A stretch of 64,000 bases of DNA, taken from the NCBI GenBank assembly GCA_963744145.1, contig CAVUSO010000001.1:3072001-3136000 (forward strand), given 5' to 3'. The position numbers and the translations under genes were made by a program. Under the pieces are notes generated by a model. It was given only the letters and a program-made list of their open reading frames with translations, did no database searches and had not been told where the DNA came from. The DNA comes from an uncultured cyanobacterium (GTDB lineage Bacteria > Cyanobacteriota > Cyanobacteriia > Cyanobacteriales > CAWUOF01). This document shows, in pieces, positions 19,135-30,032 of this stretch (position 1 is the stretch's first letter; every line of letters begins with the position of its first letter).

Positions 19135-20826
19135 ATGAGTAATCAGGACTTAAACACCATAGCGATCAAGATTGAACAGATTGAGAAACAGCAAGGTGTA
19201 TTTAAAAAATATCTGGTGGGACTAAAACAACAGTTAGATAACTTGAAACAACAATTAGATAGCTTGAAACAACAATTTAGTAGTCGTCCAGAACTTCAGC
19301 AAATAGAGGAAATTCAAAAACAAATTGCAGAACTACAGCAGCAGTTAGAATCAAACTCTCGTGGATCAGAAACGAGTGATTCATCAGAAACAAATACCCC
19401 AGAAATCGATAAGGAAGAAGACTTAGATGAGGAGATAGAGCCAGTTACAGCGATCGCAGTTGAAGAATTTCTGAAACAAATTAATGAAAAACAAAGTGAA
19501 TTCCCTAGAATTAATTTAGTTGGAGCCAATTTAAGTGAGAGAGCATTGGTTTCTAATATAACACCAAGAATAAACTTAAGTAATGCGAACCTAAGTAAAG
19601 TAAATTTAAGTCGTTCTACATTAACTTACTCTAATCTGATTGGTGCAAATCTTAGAAAAGCAGTTCTAAGAGAAATAAATTTAACTCATACAAACTTAAC
19701 CGAAGCAAATTTATCCCAAGTAGATTTGCGTAAGGCTGATTTAACTAGGACAATTCTCAAACAAGCAAACCTACAAAAAGCAAATTTAAGTGAAGCAATT
19801 TTAACTAATCTAAATCTAACTGAAGCAAATTTAACTGGAGCAAATCTTACTAAAGTTAAAGTTATAATGGAGGGTGGAACTTTCAGTAAAACTAATTTAG
19901 TTGGGGCTAACCTAAATGCAATAAATTTACAAAATGTTCAATTACAAGATACAAATCTAAGTAATGCTAATTTAACTAATGCAAATTTATTTGGGACGGA
20001 TTTATCAAATACAAACCTTACTAAAGCTAAACTTCAAGGAGCAGTTTATAACTCAATAACTATTTTCCCTAGAGATTTTGATCCAATTGAAGCAGGTGCT
20101 AAATTTATTGGTATGGGAGCATCTGCACCAGAAATAAACTTAAATGGTTTTGATTTAAGCAAATGTATTTTAACAGGAATTAATTTACAAAAAGCAAATC
20201 TAAGTTCCGTAAAATTAGATAATGTTAATTTAATTGGGAGTAATTTAAGTAAAGCTAATTTAAGCAGAGCAAGTTTAATGTCTACAATCCTTATTCAAGC
20301 AAATCTCAGTGAAACAATTCTAAATAAAGCCAATTTTCGTTCAGCTAATTTAACATTAGCAAACCTAGCAGGAGCAAAATTAACTCAAGCCAATCTAATC
20401 TCAGCTAATTTATCAATGGCAAATCTAATAGGAGCCGATTTAAGTGAAGTAGATTTAACTGGCGCAAATTTAACAGGAGCCGATTTAAGCAAAGCTAATT
20501 TACAAAACACTCAATTAAATCAAGTAATACTTCATAATACAAAATTAATAGAAGTATGTTTACTAGGAGCAAAAATTATTAATAGTAAGTTAAAGGGAAT
20601 AGACTTAAGTAAATCAAATTTGTGTGGTGTTAATTTAAGTGGTATTGATTTAACTGAAGCAAACTTAACATCTGCTAATTTAATTGGAGCAAATCTGCAA
20701 AATACTAATCTAGAAAAAGCTAACTTAAAAGAAGCAAATCTAACTGGTGCTATTCTACAAAATGCAAAGCTTGATGGTGCTATCCTAACTGGTACAATTA
20801 TGCCAGATGGGTCAATTCATGAATAG
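19135..20826 (+). CDS. Pentapeptide repeat protein with N-terminal coiled coil
   Basis: Long A(N/D)Lxx tracts in two blocks; C-terminal GTIMPDGSIHE. Confidence 0.93.
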   Translation: MSNQDLNTIAIKIEQIEKQQGVFKKYLVGLKQQLDNLKQQLDSLKQQFSSRPELQQIEEIQKQIAELQQQLESNSRGSETSDSSETNTPEIDKEEDLDEEIEPVTAIAVEEFLKQINEKQSEFPRINLVGANLSERALVSNITPRINLSNANLSKVNLSRSTLTYSNLIGANLRKAVLREINLTHTNLTEANLSQVDLRKADLTRTILKQANLQKANLSEAILTNLNLTEANLTGANLTKVKVIMEGGTFSKTNLVGANLNAINLQNVQLQDTNLSNANLTNANLFGTDLSNTNLTKAKLQGAVYNSITIFPRDFDPIEAGAKFIGMGASAPEINLNGFDLSKCILTGINLQKANLSSVKLDNVNLIGSNLSKANLSRASLMSTILIQANLSETILNKANFRSANLTLANLAGAKLTQANLISANLSMANLIGADLSEVDLTGANLTGADLSKANLQNTQLNQVILHNTKLIEVCLLGAKIINSKLKGIDLSKSNLCGVNLSGIDLTEANLTSANLIGANLQNTNLEKANLKEANLTGAILQNAKLDGAILTGTIMPDGSIHE

Positions 20827-20990
20827 TGTTTATTGCCGATCGCACTAAACCCCGAAACTGTGTCTTATTGATGGCGATCGCAACCAACCCTAATCTAACA
20901 GTAGCGATCGCACCCATTAGCAGCAGAGCCTAATTTCCTGAAAACTGCGATCGCACTAAATAATATTATTCTCTCAGCAAAAGCTTACTT

Positions 20991-22100
20991 TTAAATAAAA
21001 TTTTCAGGCATCTTAGGACACACTTCTAGAGCTTTGTTGATTAAGGTTATCCCCTTGATAAGTACATTCTGTTTCCAGGAATGAGATTTAGGACAAAATG
21101 CTTCAAGTAATTGTGCTTTAACTCGGTTGTATCGATGACTATCGAATCTATTGTAGAAATGAACACGGTTTTCAGCCTGAAGCTTTGCCAATACTTTAAT
21201 ACCCGAATACGTTCCAAATTCTGCATTGAAATAAATATAATTTTTTGGAACAAGTTGATGAGCTAACCAACTGCCCATTGATCCCTGAACCTGGTATGGT
21301 ACTTGATCCGTACTATCATCAAGTCCAAATTGTTGGAAAACCGATGTGTAACTAAATGAGCTAGACCACACTGCTGGGAACAGCTTATAGTTTGCCCACT
21401 TACCTAGTCCAGTATGAAAATCAAGATGAAGAATCTGGTTGGCTGAATTTACCCACTGTGGTAGGTAAGTTTGAATAATTTGCGTTGATTTAGCAGGACT
21501 GTGCCCCCCAAAAAACAGCCCCTGGGAAAATTCATATTGACCACCAGCGATCGCTTGTTTGAGAGTCTGAAAACCGTAACGCAAAATATAGCCGATCGCG
21601 GTTAGTATAAAAGGATCTAATAATGGTAGTGGGGATTTCGGATTAAGGAAGTGATTAATCTGCGAATATTCAGGTGGTGCGCCATTATAGCTTTCATTTG
21701 GTAGCAGAAAATTACGATTGAGGTCAATGTTGTCTTCGTTAGTCCGTCTGAGCCATGCAAAACCATAAGGATTGATTGCATGGATGAGTAATACAGCTCC
21801 ATTAGGATCTATTGGAAAACCAACTTTAGCTATAACCTCTTGCATCCAAGCAAGCTGAACCGCAGAGCCAAAGAAACCTTCAACGCCATGTAATCCTGAT
21901 GAAACAATCACAACCCACTTTGGTTGATTTGCACCAATCAAAGCAAAATCAATGGTCAATTCTTCATTATTAAGTCCTTTTTGATCGATGGCAAATGATT
22001 CAAGACGAGCTCCTAAATTCCGTGCAGCTTCTCGAAAGCGGTTTCGAGCAATGGTATAACTTGCGGAGAATATATCAGTCTGCAACATTGTTCTTAACAA
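20991..22100 (-). CDS. M14-like metallopeptidase (DUF2817)
   Basis: SGLHGVEG, NPYGFAWLRR, DLNRNF, DFHTGLG, AEFGT. Confidence 0.85.
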   Translation of the reverse strand: MLRTMLQTDIFSASYTIARNRFREAARNLGARLESFAIDQKGLNNEELTIDFALIGANQPKWVVIVSSGLHGVEGFFGSAVQLAWMQEVIAKVGFPIDPNGAVLLIHAINPYGFAWLRRTNEDNIDLNRNFLLPNESYNGAPPEYSQINHFLNPKSPLPLLDPFILTAIGYILRYGFQTLKQAIAGGQYEFSQGLFFGGHSPAKSTQIIQTYLPQWVNSANQILHLDFHTGLGKWANYKLFPAVWSSSFSYTSVFQQFGLDDSTDQVPYQVQGSMGSWLAHQLVPKNYIYFNAEFGTYSGIKVLAKLQAENRVHFYNRFDSHRYNRVKAQLLEAFCPKSHSWKQNVLIKGITLINKALEVCPKMPENFI

Positions 22101-22241
22101 CGTCAGTTTGATGGATTAGACAAAGTTGAGACGCTTATTTGATGATCGGTCTCAGCAATACTTGACGTTATTATATCACCTCAGAGAATATGAACAACTG
22201 GGGACTTTGGGAGGCGATCGCTCTATTTTACTGTAAACTGT

Positions 22242-23027
22242 TTACTCTGCCCTAATCTGGATCGGTTCCTTTAAAGGTTTTGTCGCAAATTCTTTCAATC
22301 CAACTGAATCTAGTAAACTCTCCCAATCTTGAATCGCTTGTGGGTCGTTAGGATGTAAACGACGTAATCGAGCAGCTTCCGCTAAGGTATCATACCAAAG
22401 TCCATTATTTACATAGAGAAGCAAGCGATCGCGGTCTTGAGCGTGAGCTAAATTATTTGTTAATTCTTTTGATGGCTCAATAAATTGAATTGTTCCTTTA
22501 GCGTCAACACTATTACTAGGATCGTATGGTTCACATACTATACTTAAATACCATCTATAAGGTTTATTTAATTGGAGATTTTTAAGAACAGGAATAGTCA
22601 CACTAATTATCCCTGAATCATTAATTGGTTTAAATCTAGTTTCATGAACAATTTCTTCGGTATCTTCGTTCATTAGAGCAAACTCAATATATCCTTGATT
22701 AGGGGATTCAGGAACATAGACAAAAATAGTTGGATTAGTAGTTAAACTATATTCAAAAGTTGTTTTGGGAATTACTGCTACTGGTTCCTTAATACAAGGT
22801 GCTTCCAGACCGCCACCGTCTCGTTTATTGTCTGGATTGCGCGATTTGAATCTAATCCCACTCATCTGGTTTGTTAGTTTTTGTTCAGAAGAATTAATCG
22901 TTTGTGCTAGGCTTTGACTATGATTGTTTACTAATCCTGTAAATATTCCAGTCAATAACATAATCTGAATATTTACTAAACTTAACAATCGGATTTTATT
23001 CATCATATTTATATGTTTCTTGCTCAT
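22242..23027 (-). CDS. DUF928 domain protein, probably secreted (start uncertain)
   Basis: PTIFVYVP, YRWYLSIVC, GLWYDTL, WESLLDSVGL; N-terminal hydrophobic stretch. Confidence 0.88.
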   Translation of the reverse strand: MSKKHINMMNKIRLLSLVNIQIMLLTGIFTGLVNNHSQSLAQTINSSEQKLTNQMSGIRFKSRNPDNKRDGGGLEAPCIKEPVAVIPKTTFEYSLTTNPTIFVYVPESPNQGYIEFALMNEDTEEIVHETRFKPINDSGIISVTIPVLKNLQLNKPYRWYLSIVCEPYDPSNSVDAKGTIQFIEPSKELTNNLAHAQDRDRLLLYVNNGLWYDTLAEAARLRRLHPNDPQAIQDWESLLDSVGLKEFATKPLKEPIQIRAE

Positions 23028-23099
23028 ATTATGACCTCTTTTGTTGACAATGGAACGGCGATCGCCCAAATCTCCACTGGATTTCTATTGAGGGCCAGT

Positions 23100-23220
23100 G
23101 ACATAAATCACTCTGAAAGTCAGAGCCTCTCACTAGATATATCTAAAACTATCACGCTTGGACAAAACTGCAATCACTTACCAGCAAAGGAAACCGGGTG
23201 ATGATAAGAGGATAGAGTAC
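23100..23220 (+). promoter_or_regulatory. Conserved upstream block of type-A small genes
   Basis: TAAATCAC...GAAAGTCAGA and ATCACTTACCAG.A.AGGAAACC.GG.GATGATAA recur at ~25818-25915 and partly at ~25047-25095. Confidence 0.6.
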
Positions 23221-23245
23221 AAGCTTCGCTAACAGGAAAAAAACA

Positions 23246-23461
23246 ATGCTAAGTGTAAAAATTCTCCCTGGTGCAGTTAACGAAATCATTTACAACGTCG
23301 CTAGAACCCAGAAAATTACCAAAACCGATCGCTACGGGATTATGACCGCTCTTTTAGATGACTCTATCAGTGAAGAAGACCAAAACGCGATCAATCGTCT
23401 AGTTCGGTTAATAGTTAGGGGTAAAGTCCAGGTAGTTGATGAGTTATCAATGGCCCTGTAG
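23246..23461 (+). CDS. Small protein type A, copy 1 (71 aa)
   Basis: LPGA..E...KIT..DRYG.M.A.LD...RL.RLIV.G...V.DELSM shared with two paralogs. Confidence 0.88.
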   Translation: MLSVKILPGAVNEIIYNVARTQKITKTDRYGIMTALLDDSISEEDQNAINRLVRLIVRGKVQVVDELSMAL

Positions 23462-23525
23462 GCAACTATTCAGACTGCGATCGCCCAAAAGGATTAAAGT
23501 AATCAGAGAATTAAGGGAAACTAAG

Positions 23526-23732
23526 ATGGCTACTACTAATTTTGAACGTTCTACCTATAGCACATTGACAGAAATATTTGGTAATGCACTTAGTTCAGGG
23601 GGGCTGAGTACAAAAGAAAGACTACAATTAAAAGAAACTTTATTAAAGGATACGATTGTTGAAGATGATTTGATAATTGCTAATAGACTACTCTATGCAC
23701 TACGCCGTAATTTTTTGAAGTTAGCAGCTTAA
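23526..23732 (+). CDS. Small protein type B, copy 1 (68 aa)
   Basis: MATTNFERSTYSTLTEIFG...RLQLKETLL...IANRLLYALRRN; paralog at 25429. Confidence 0.85.
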   Translation: MATTNFERSTYSTLTEIFGNALSSGGLSTKERLQLKETLLKDTIVEDDLIIANRLLYALRRNFLKLAA

Positions 23733-23765
23733 AAATAAATAGAAGTTTTCCTAAATTATCAAGAG

Positions 23766-23806
23766 GCGATCGCATTGATGACTACTCAATGCGGTCGTTT
23801 TTTATT
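23766..23806 (+). terminator. Intrinsic terminator after B1
   Basis: GCGATCGCATTGA-loop-TCAATGCGGTCGT then T-tract; covaries with copy after B2. Confidence 0.75.
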
Positions 23807-23883
23807 TATTTAGTTGCTTGTGATCTCGATCATCTAAAACTTCAAACTTACTCACTAAAAATATCCGGAGATATCACATTTAA

Positions 23884-25032
23884 TACCAATTCTTGCAACT
23901 TTGACTACAGATAGTGTAGAGTATAATTTGAGTAGAGTTGAAGGAAAAATATGGCAGGAGTTTATCACCTAGACATTAAGGAAAGTGAAGCCGAGCTGAA
24001 GAAATTGCTCGCAGTGGAAAAAACTGGTCCAGGAAAAGAACGATTACAAGCATTATATCTACTCAAGATAAACAAAGCTAAAACAGTCACAGAAGTTGCT
24101 GAAATCTTGGGCAGAAATCGAGTTACCGTTCAAGATTGGTTAGCCAAATACCGTCAAGGAGGATTGGCCAAATATCTGGGGAAAAAAGTGGGTACAGGAC
24201 CGACCGAGAAAAATTCCTGACTGGGCGGTAAAAAGTTTAGAAAAACGACTAAATGAAGAGGAAGGATTTAATAGTTATGGGGAAATTTGTCAATGGCTAT
24301 CATCCACCCTTGGGATAGAAGCTAAATATAAAACCGTTCATCAATTAGTGCATTATAAACTAAAAGCCTCACCAAAAATCGCCAGGCCGAAAAGTACAGA
24401 ACAGTCAAAAAAAAAGTTAGATAATTTTAGAAATCACTTGGCGGAGGACTTAGCTATGCTGAGTTGGTTTGCCATAACAGTAATGAGTTTAGGAGATAAA
24501 GTCAGATTTTTATGTCAAGATGAAACACGGATCGGCATGAAAACGATTAGTGGGAGAAAAATTACCATTCGTGGGGTAAAACCAATTGGTAAAGTGCAAT
24601 GGAAATTTCAAGCGACTTATATTTATGGCGTAGTAGAGCCAAAGACAGGGGAACATTTCTTTTACGAGTTTACTCATCTCAATAGTCAATGCTTTCAGAT
24701 ATTTTTAGACTTAGTAGCCGCGCATTTTTCGGATAGTATTTTGATCATTCAGTTAGACAATGGTGGTTTTCATAAAGCTAAAAAGTTGGTAATTCCTAAA
24801 AACGTTATTTTAATGTTTCAACCATCCCATTGTCCTGAATCAAATCCAATCGAACAGGTATGGCAGTATCTCAAAAAGGGATTGAGATGGGAATTACCAA
24901 GAAACTTAGATGAATTAAGACTTTTAATTAGTAAAGAACTAGAAAAGATGAATTCAAAAGTAATTGCCTCAATTACGGGACGAGCCTATATATTAGAGGC
25001 ACTATCTGTAGTCGGCATTTAGAGAATTGGTA
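23884..25032 (+). mobile_element. IS630-family insertion sequence (1149 bp), TAA target duplication
   Basis: TAA|TACCAATTCT...AGAATTGGTA|TAA; contains HTH plus DDE transposase. Confidence 0.93.
23951..25022 (+). pseudogene. IS630 transposase with +1 frameshift near 24200
   Basis: Removing one C from GGACCGACCG restores GTGRPRKIPDW and joins the HTH to QDETRIG / LDNGGFH / PESNPIEQVW. Confidence 0.85.
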
Positions 25033-25129
25033 TAAAACCAGAGCGATATCACTTCTTTATTAGGAGAACCAGGCGATCATAAAAGTATCGAGTATGGCTA
25101 GCGCCAAGCTTCACTAAGAGGATCAAGTT

Positions 25130-25345
25130 ATGTTTCAAATCAATCTACTCCCTGGTGCTATCAATCAACTAATCGCCGATGTAACTGATACCCACAAAAT
25201 TACTAAAGCCGACCGTTATGGGATGATGGCTGCAATCTTAGACGAGTCTACCAGTCAAGATGAACTTAGCTCCCTAGACCGTTTAATCCGTCTGATCGTC
25301 AAAGGTCGGATCAAAGTTACTGATGAATTATCAATGGTGATGTAA
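25130..25345 (+). CDS. Small protein type A, copy 2
   Basis: Paralog of 23246 and 25929; GAGGA RBS. Confidence 0.88.
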   Translation: MFQINLLPGAINQLIADVTDTHKITKADRYGMMAAILDESTSQDELSSLDRLIRLIVKGRIKVTDELSMVM

Positions 25346-25428
25346 AAAACTATAGACTTTTCTCTAGTAAAATGCGATCGCTAAAACTAAAATAATTTTA
25401 AATTAACGGAGAATTAATAGAAAATAAA

Positions 25429-25638
25429 ATGGAGACAATGACTAATTTTGAGCGTGCTACATATACCTCTTTAACAGAAATATTTGGTCAGGTAATTAGT
25501 TATGGGTTCTTAACCACTCAAGCAAGACTACAATTAAAAGAAATTTTATTGCAAGATTCAATTACTGAGGTAGATTTATTGATTGCTAACAGAATATTGT
25601 ACGCGCTACGTCATAATATTTTGAAATTAGCAGATTAA
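25429..25638 (+). CDS. Small protein type B, copy 2
   Basis: Paralog of 23526. Confidence 0.85.
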   Translation: METMTNFERATYTSLTEIFGQVISYGFLTTQARLQLKEILLQDSITEVDLLIANRILYALRHNILKLAD

Positions 25639-25669
25639 AAATAAATAGAAGTTTTCCTGAAGGAGGAAA

Positions 25670-25709
25670 CGCGATCGTATTAATCATTTTAATACGGTCG
25701 TTTTTTTTT
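25670..25709 (+). terminator. Intrinsic terminator after B2
   Basis: GCGATCGTATTAA-loop-TTAATACGGTCGT then T-tract. Confidence 0.75.
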
Positions 25710-25928
25710 GATTGCCGATTAGCTGTTGGGACATAGAACACGATCGCCCAAAATCTAGACCCAAAATCCCGACCCAAATCAAAACCGCAGTAGACTAAGT
25801 TTTTGGTGGTGCTGGGTGACCTAAATCACCTAGAAAGTCAGAAATACTCACGTTTGTCTATATATAGCTATCACTTACCAGTAGAGGAAACCAGGAGATG
25901 ATAAAGATGTCGAGTTCAGGAAAACTTT

Positions 25929-26144
25929 ATGTCTCAAGTAAATCTTCTCCCGGGTGCTATCAACGAACTAATCGCTAACGTGACCGATACCTACAAAGTG
26001 ACCCAAGCCGATCGTTATGGGATGATGGCTGCAATCTTAGACGAGTCTACCAGTGAAGAAGAACTTAGCTCATTAGACCGTTTAATCCGTCTGATCGTCA
26101 AGGGTCGGGTAAAGGTTACTGATGAATTGTCAATGGTGATGTAA
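25929..26144 (+). CDS. Small protein type A, copy 3
   Basis: Closest to copy 2 (DRYGMMAAILDESTS..ELSSLDRLIRLIVKGR). Confidence 0.88.
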   Translation: MSQVNLLPGAINELIANVTDTYKVTQADRYGMMAAILDESTSEEELSSLDRLIRLIVKGRVKVTDELSMVM

Positions 26145-26272
26145 GAGACAAGCTGCTAAAACTCGACACTATAGCAGCTTTTTGGCGATCGGATCAGCAA
26201 TTATTTTGAATTAAGATAGATTATTTTCTAATTTTCCGGTTAAAATTTCTGCCCTAATCACCATCACCTAAT

Positions 26273-27706
26273 TTAAGCTTCTCCTCCCACCACCACATTC
26301 CGAATCCGCAAACTCGGTCCACCACAACCAACGGGTAAACCACTTTGACCACCTTTACCACAACCACCAGATTCATCCCAATAGAAATCATCACCAATCG
26401 CTTCAATATCACCTAAAGTGCTGAAAACATTCCCCGATAAAGTGACATCTCGAACCGGTTCGGCAATTTGACCATTACGAATCATCCAAGCTTCACCAGC
26501 TGAAAAAGTAAACATTTCCCCATTAGTCATCCCCCCTAACCAATGACGAGCATAGACACCCTCTTTAATCTCATTAAAGAGATCCTGAACCGGAGTTGAA
26601 CCTCTTTCAATCCAAGTATTGGTCATCCGCACGATCGGCGGATAATGATAATTCAAACAACGAGCATTACCTGTCGGTAGTTCACCTAACTTACCAGCAG
26701 TTTCGCGGGAATGAAGACGTCCAACTAAAACACCATCCTTAATTAACTGAGTTGTGCTTGCTGGTGTACCTTCATCATCATAAAAATAACTACCACGATG
26801 ATCAGCCGATGCAGCTCCATCAAAAATTTGTAAATCTGACGGTCCAAATCTCCGTCCTAAAGTCATGATTTCCAAAAAATCAGGGTTTTCATAAGCCATA
26901 TCTGCTTCGGACAGATGACCAAAAGCTTCGTGAACAAATAAACCACTCAAGATTGGATCAATGACAACAGTATAAGTATTACCTTTGACCGATGGTAAGG
27001 ACAAAGCATCTACTGCACGTTGAGCAGCACTGTGAACTTGAGCATCTAAATTGGTTAAATCTTCATAAGCTTTCCGGGAACCAATTGTTTCTCGTCCCGT
27101 TTGGACAGTAGCACCAGAGCGAGCTGTAGCAGCAAAACGCATCTCCATATCTACCCAAGATTGTTCCAGCAAAGTCCCTTCCGAAGTAGCCAGAATGACC
27201 CGTTGGATACTATCCCCATAGCGCACAGAAGTAGTAGCAATCCGGTGATCAACATTATGCAGAATATCCGCATAGCGATCGCATAAAGCCTTTTTTTCTG
27301 CTAGCGGCACCAAGCGCGGATCAGTACCTTTGAGAGCTAGGATACAAGTATCTTGAACTAGCTGAATTGGTGCTAGCAAAGTTTCCTCATTACCGACTAA
27401 ACGAGCAGCGGCGATCGCTTCCTCAATTCTATCGGTCAGGGTCGAAACTTGATTAAAGCTAGCAAATCCCCATCCCCCCCGATAACAAGCACGAACTTGA
27501 CCCCCGATGGAGATTCCTTCACTGAGAGTTTCGATCTTATTTCCGCGTAATAAAATATCCGTTCCTTCTGCTTCTTCCAGTCGAATGGCCAAATAATCGA
27601 CCTGAGAGCCATAACGAACTATCAAATCCGACAACAGATTTTTGGGATCAGTCAGCAAAGTAGACATGAGATGTGGGGGTGTGGATGAACTACTTTTATT
27701 TTGCAC
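26273..27706 (-). CDS. tldD: TldD family metalloprotease (start may be MSTLL at 27667)
   Basis: HEAFGHLSEAD, RMTNT, GCGKGGQ...VGCGGP. Confidence 0.9.
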   Translation of the reverse strand: MQNKSSSSTPPHLMSTLLTDPKNLLSDLIVRYGSQVDYLAIRLEEAEGTDILLRGNKIETLSEGISIGGQVRACYRGGWGFASFNQVSTLTDRIEEAIAAARLVGNEETLLAPIQLVQDTCILALKGTDPRLVPLAEKKALCDRYADILHNVDHRIATTSVRYGDSIQRVILATSEGTLLEQSWVDMEMRFAATARSGATVQTGRETIGSRKAYEDLTNLDAQVHSAAQRAVDALSLPSVKGNTYTVVIDPILSGLFVHEAFGHLSEADMAYENPDFLEIMTLGRRFGPSDLQIFDGAASADHRGSYFYDDEGTPASTTQLIKDGVLVGRLHSRETAGKLGELPTGNARCLNYHYPPIVRMTNTWIERGSTPVQDLFNEIKEGVYARHWLGGMTNGEMFTFSAGEAWMIRNGQIAEPVRDVTLSGNVFSTLGDIEAIGDDFYWDESGGCGKGGQSGLPVGCGGPSLRIRNVVVGGEA

Positions 27707-27918
27707 CAGTGCCAGGTTGATTTTCTATCGGAGATTGCGACTATTTAGTTCGGTAGATCCGAATATATTATCTTCACCAATCCATATACCCTATAAGTGT
27801 GAAGGAAAAAAGAACACAGGAAAACTCACCATCGTGTTACCAAATTACTGGTACTCCAGCTTAATCACTCAATTCACCTTCATGTTTCATCCTTCCAGTA
27901 TGGGGAGAGGGGTGACTT

Positions 27919-29535
27919 TTGACTACTAATTATCTTCTACCAACTCTTAGCCAAATTTTAATTCCGGCTCAGGAAAATGTTTTCCCATCGAGTCCACCGT
28001 CAATCACTCCTCCTAGTGATGATTTTGGCTCAAGTTTTTCTAAAAATTCACCCACCCTCCGACGTGCTTATGAAGTCAAAACCAGACGACTAAAAGCTGA
28101 AAGAGAATGGTGTGGAGCGATCGCTGCTTTAAACTATCTGTTGACCCAAGTTTTGTCCTCAGATTCTCCCACATTCAATGGTGGATTATCTATTCAAGGT
28201 TTTATCTTATCTGCTCCAGCTCCAATCTTGGCTCAACCAGGATTAGTTGCTAGCTTGCCCGCATGGATATTCACTACTAGACCCCAACCAAATTTTGCCT
28301 ATCTTTCCTGTCATGGAGGATGGGAAAACCCTTCCCGATTATTACCAGCTTCCCTAGATCCCAAGATTAAGGATCACGAAAACAACAATCAGACCTCAGC
28401 ATTATTGTTATCACCGGAAGACCCTTTAGCTACGGAACAGTTTTGTTTAATATTTACAGCCCAGTTTAGTCTGGTAATGGTATTAGGAGAAGATTCCACC
28501 AGTACCCCAGCTTTTCACTTTTCTTTTGCTCCAGAAATTGTTACCCTAGCTTGGCTGTCACTTCGGGCTCGAATTTTAGTAAATACTCATCAACAAATTA
28601 GTCATCTTGATTCTTTATTCGCTCAATTTCCTCCAGGTATTCCTGATTATAAATTAGTGATGCAATTTAGTCAATTGCTGCTCAAATATTTGCCAGAACA
28701 ATCAGGAGAAGGTCACCATAAGCTGAGTGAAAATATTAACAATAAACCATTTAATTCTTATGCTCAAACCAAAATTCCGCACCCCATTAATGCCAATAAT
28801 TCATCACCAATCCCCAAGCGGGATGATATTGAATTACTCCAAGCGATCGCTCACGAAGTGCGTACTCCTTTAGCAACAATTCGGACTCTCACTCGTTTAT
28901 TATTAAAGCGTCGTCATCTGGAACCAGATATTATTAATCGGTTAGAAATGATCGATCGGGAGTGTACTGAACAAATAGATCGGTTTGGGTTAATTTTCCG
29001 AGCTGTAGAATTAGAAACTTCTACATCTACTCGTTCACTGATGCACTTAACCGCAACATCGCTAACAAAAGTATTTACAGAAAGTATCCCCCGTTGGCAA
29101 AAACAAGCTAGTCGTCGTAATGTGACTTTAGATATTAGTTTGCCTCAAAAAATGCCTGCGGTAGTAAGTGATCCAACTCTGCTTGATCAAGTTCTTACTG
29201 GGTTACTAGAAAACTTTACATCGAGGTTAACTCCTGGTAGTCATGTACAGGTAAAAGTCATGTTAGCTGGCTCTCAGCTTAAATTACAACTCCAATCTCA
29301 AAATGATCCTAATGTGGCAATTAAATCTCCCATTTCTACCTGCAAAAATCCGGCATCGAATCGTCCCTATCCGATTGGTAATTTACTCATGTTTCAACCA
29401 GAAACAGGGAATTTGAGTCTCAACCTTAATGTTACTAAAAATCTCTTCCAAGCTTTAGGAGGAAAACTCATCGTCAGACAAAACTCCCAAAAAGGTGAAG
29501 TTCTGACTATTTTCTTACCTCTAACTGAATTCTAA
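27919..29535 (+). CDS. Sensor histidine kinase, Hik2/CSK-like
   Basis: AHEVRTPLATIRTLTRLLL, ECTEQIDRF, degenerate HATPase FQPETGNLSLNL. Confidence 0.85.
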   Translation: MTTNYLLPTLSQILIPAQENVFPSSPPSITPPSDDFGSSFSKNSPTLRRAYEVKTRRLKAEREWCGAIAALNYLLTQVLSSDSPTFNGGLSIQGFILSAPAPILAQPGLVASLPAWIFTTRPQPNFAYLSCHGGWENPSRLLPASLDPKIKDHENNNQTSALLLSPEDPLATEQFCLIFTAQFSLVMVLGEDSTSTPAFHFSFAPEIVTLAWLSLRARILVNTHQQISHLDSLFAQFPPGIPDYKLVMQFSQLLLKYLPEQSGEGHHKLSENINNKPFNSYAQTKIPHPINANNSSPIPKRDDIELLQAIAHEVRTPLATIRTLTRLLLKRRHLEPDIINRLEMIDRECTEQIDRFGLIFRAVELETSTSTRSLMHLTATSLTKVFTESIPRWQKQASRRNVTLDISLPQKMPAVVSDPTLLDQVLTGLLENFTSRLTPGSHVQVKVMLAGSQLKLQLQSQNDPNVAIKSPISTCKNPASNRPYPIGNLLMFQPETGNLSLNLNVTKNLFQALGGKLIVRQNSQKGEVLTIFLPLTEF

Positions 29536-29695
29536 GCAAGCAAAGAAGGGTGGGTTAGTTAATTTAATCTTAATTCTGGGTGCGATCGCAATTTTCCCTG
29601 GTTTATAAGCGTATTGAACTATTTATGAAGCCCAGCATTGTGATCTCGATTACGCTACTAGAGGATCTTCTTTTAATAAGGAGATCCCATCCATT

Positions 29696-30023
29696 TTAAT
29701 CATCGTATTCAAAAACAGAATAACTATTTTCTTTAAAAATTGGATAAAGTGTGATTAATTCTTCTGTTATATGATAATAATGTCCTTCTAAAGGTAATTC
29801 AATAATTTGTACAAGCAAATAAGTCATCTAATTCAGACCATTTCTGAAACCTACCTGTTTCAATTTTCTCAGCTAAGGATTCAATGGTTTTAATTCGAGA
29901 AGTTAGTGCATATCCCTTATTTTCGCAAAAATTTAGCAGGGCTGATTTTACTCGGTTTGCAACTTCATCAATCAAGGGACGATGTTGGTGATATTGACGA
30001 TCTAAAATAGAAGGATAAATCAT
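29696..30023 (-). pseudogene. RelA/SpoT-like nucleotidyltransferase, internally deleted
   Basis: SRIKTIESLAEKI...DDLFACT, then an out-of-frame tail IIELPLEGHYYHITEELITLYP...EYDD-stop. Confidence 0.7.
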
Positions 30024-30032
30024 ATTAATAAT

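Noticed and set aside
24400..24420. Programmed frameshift at the A-run in the IS630 transposase
   Set aside because: The frame is already continuous across the run; the break is an extra C near 24200
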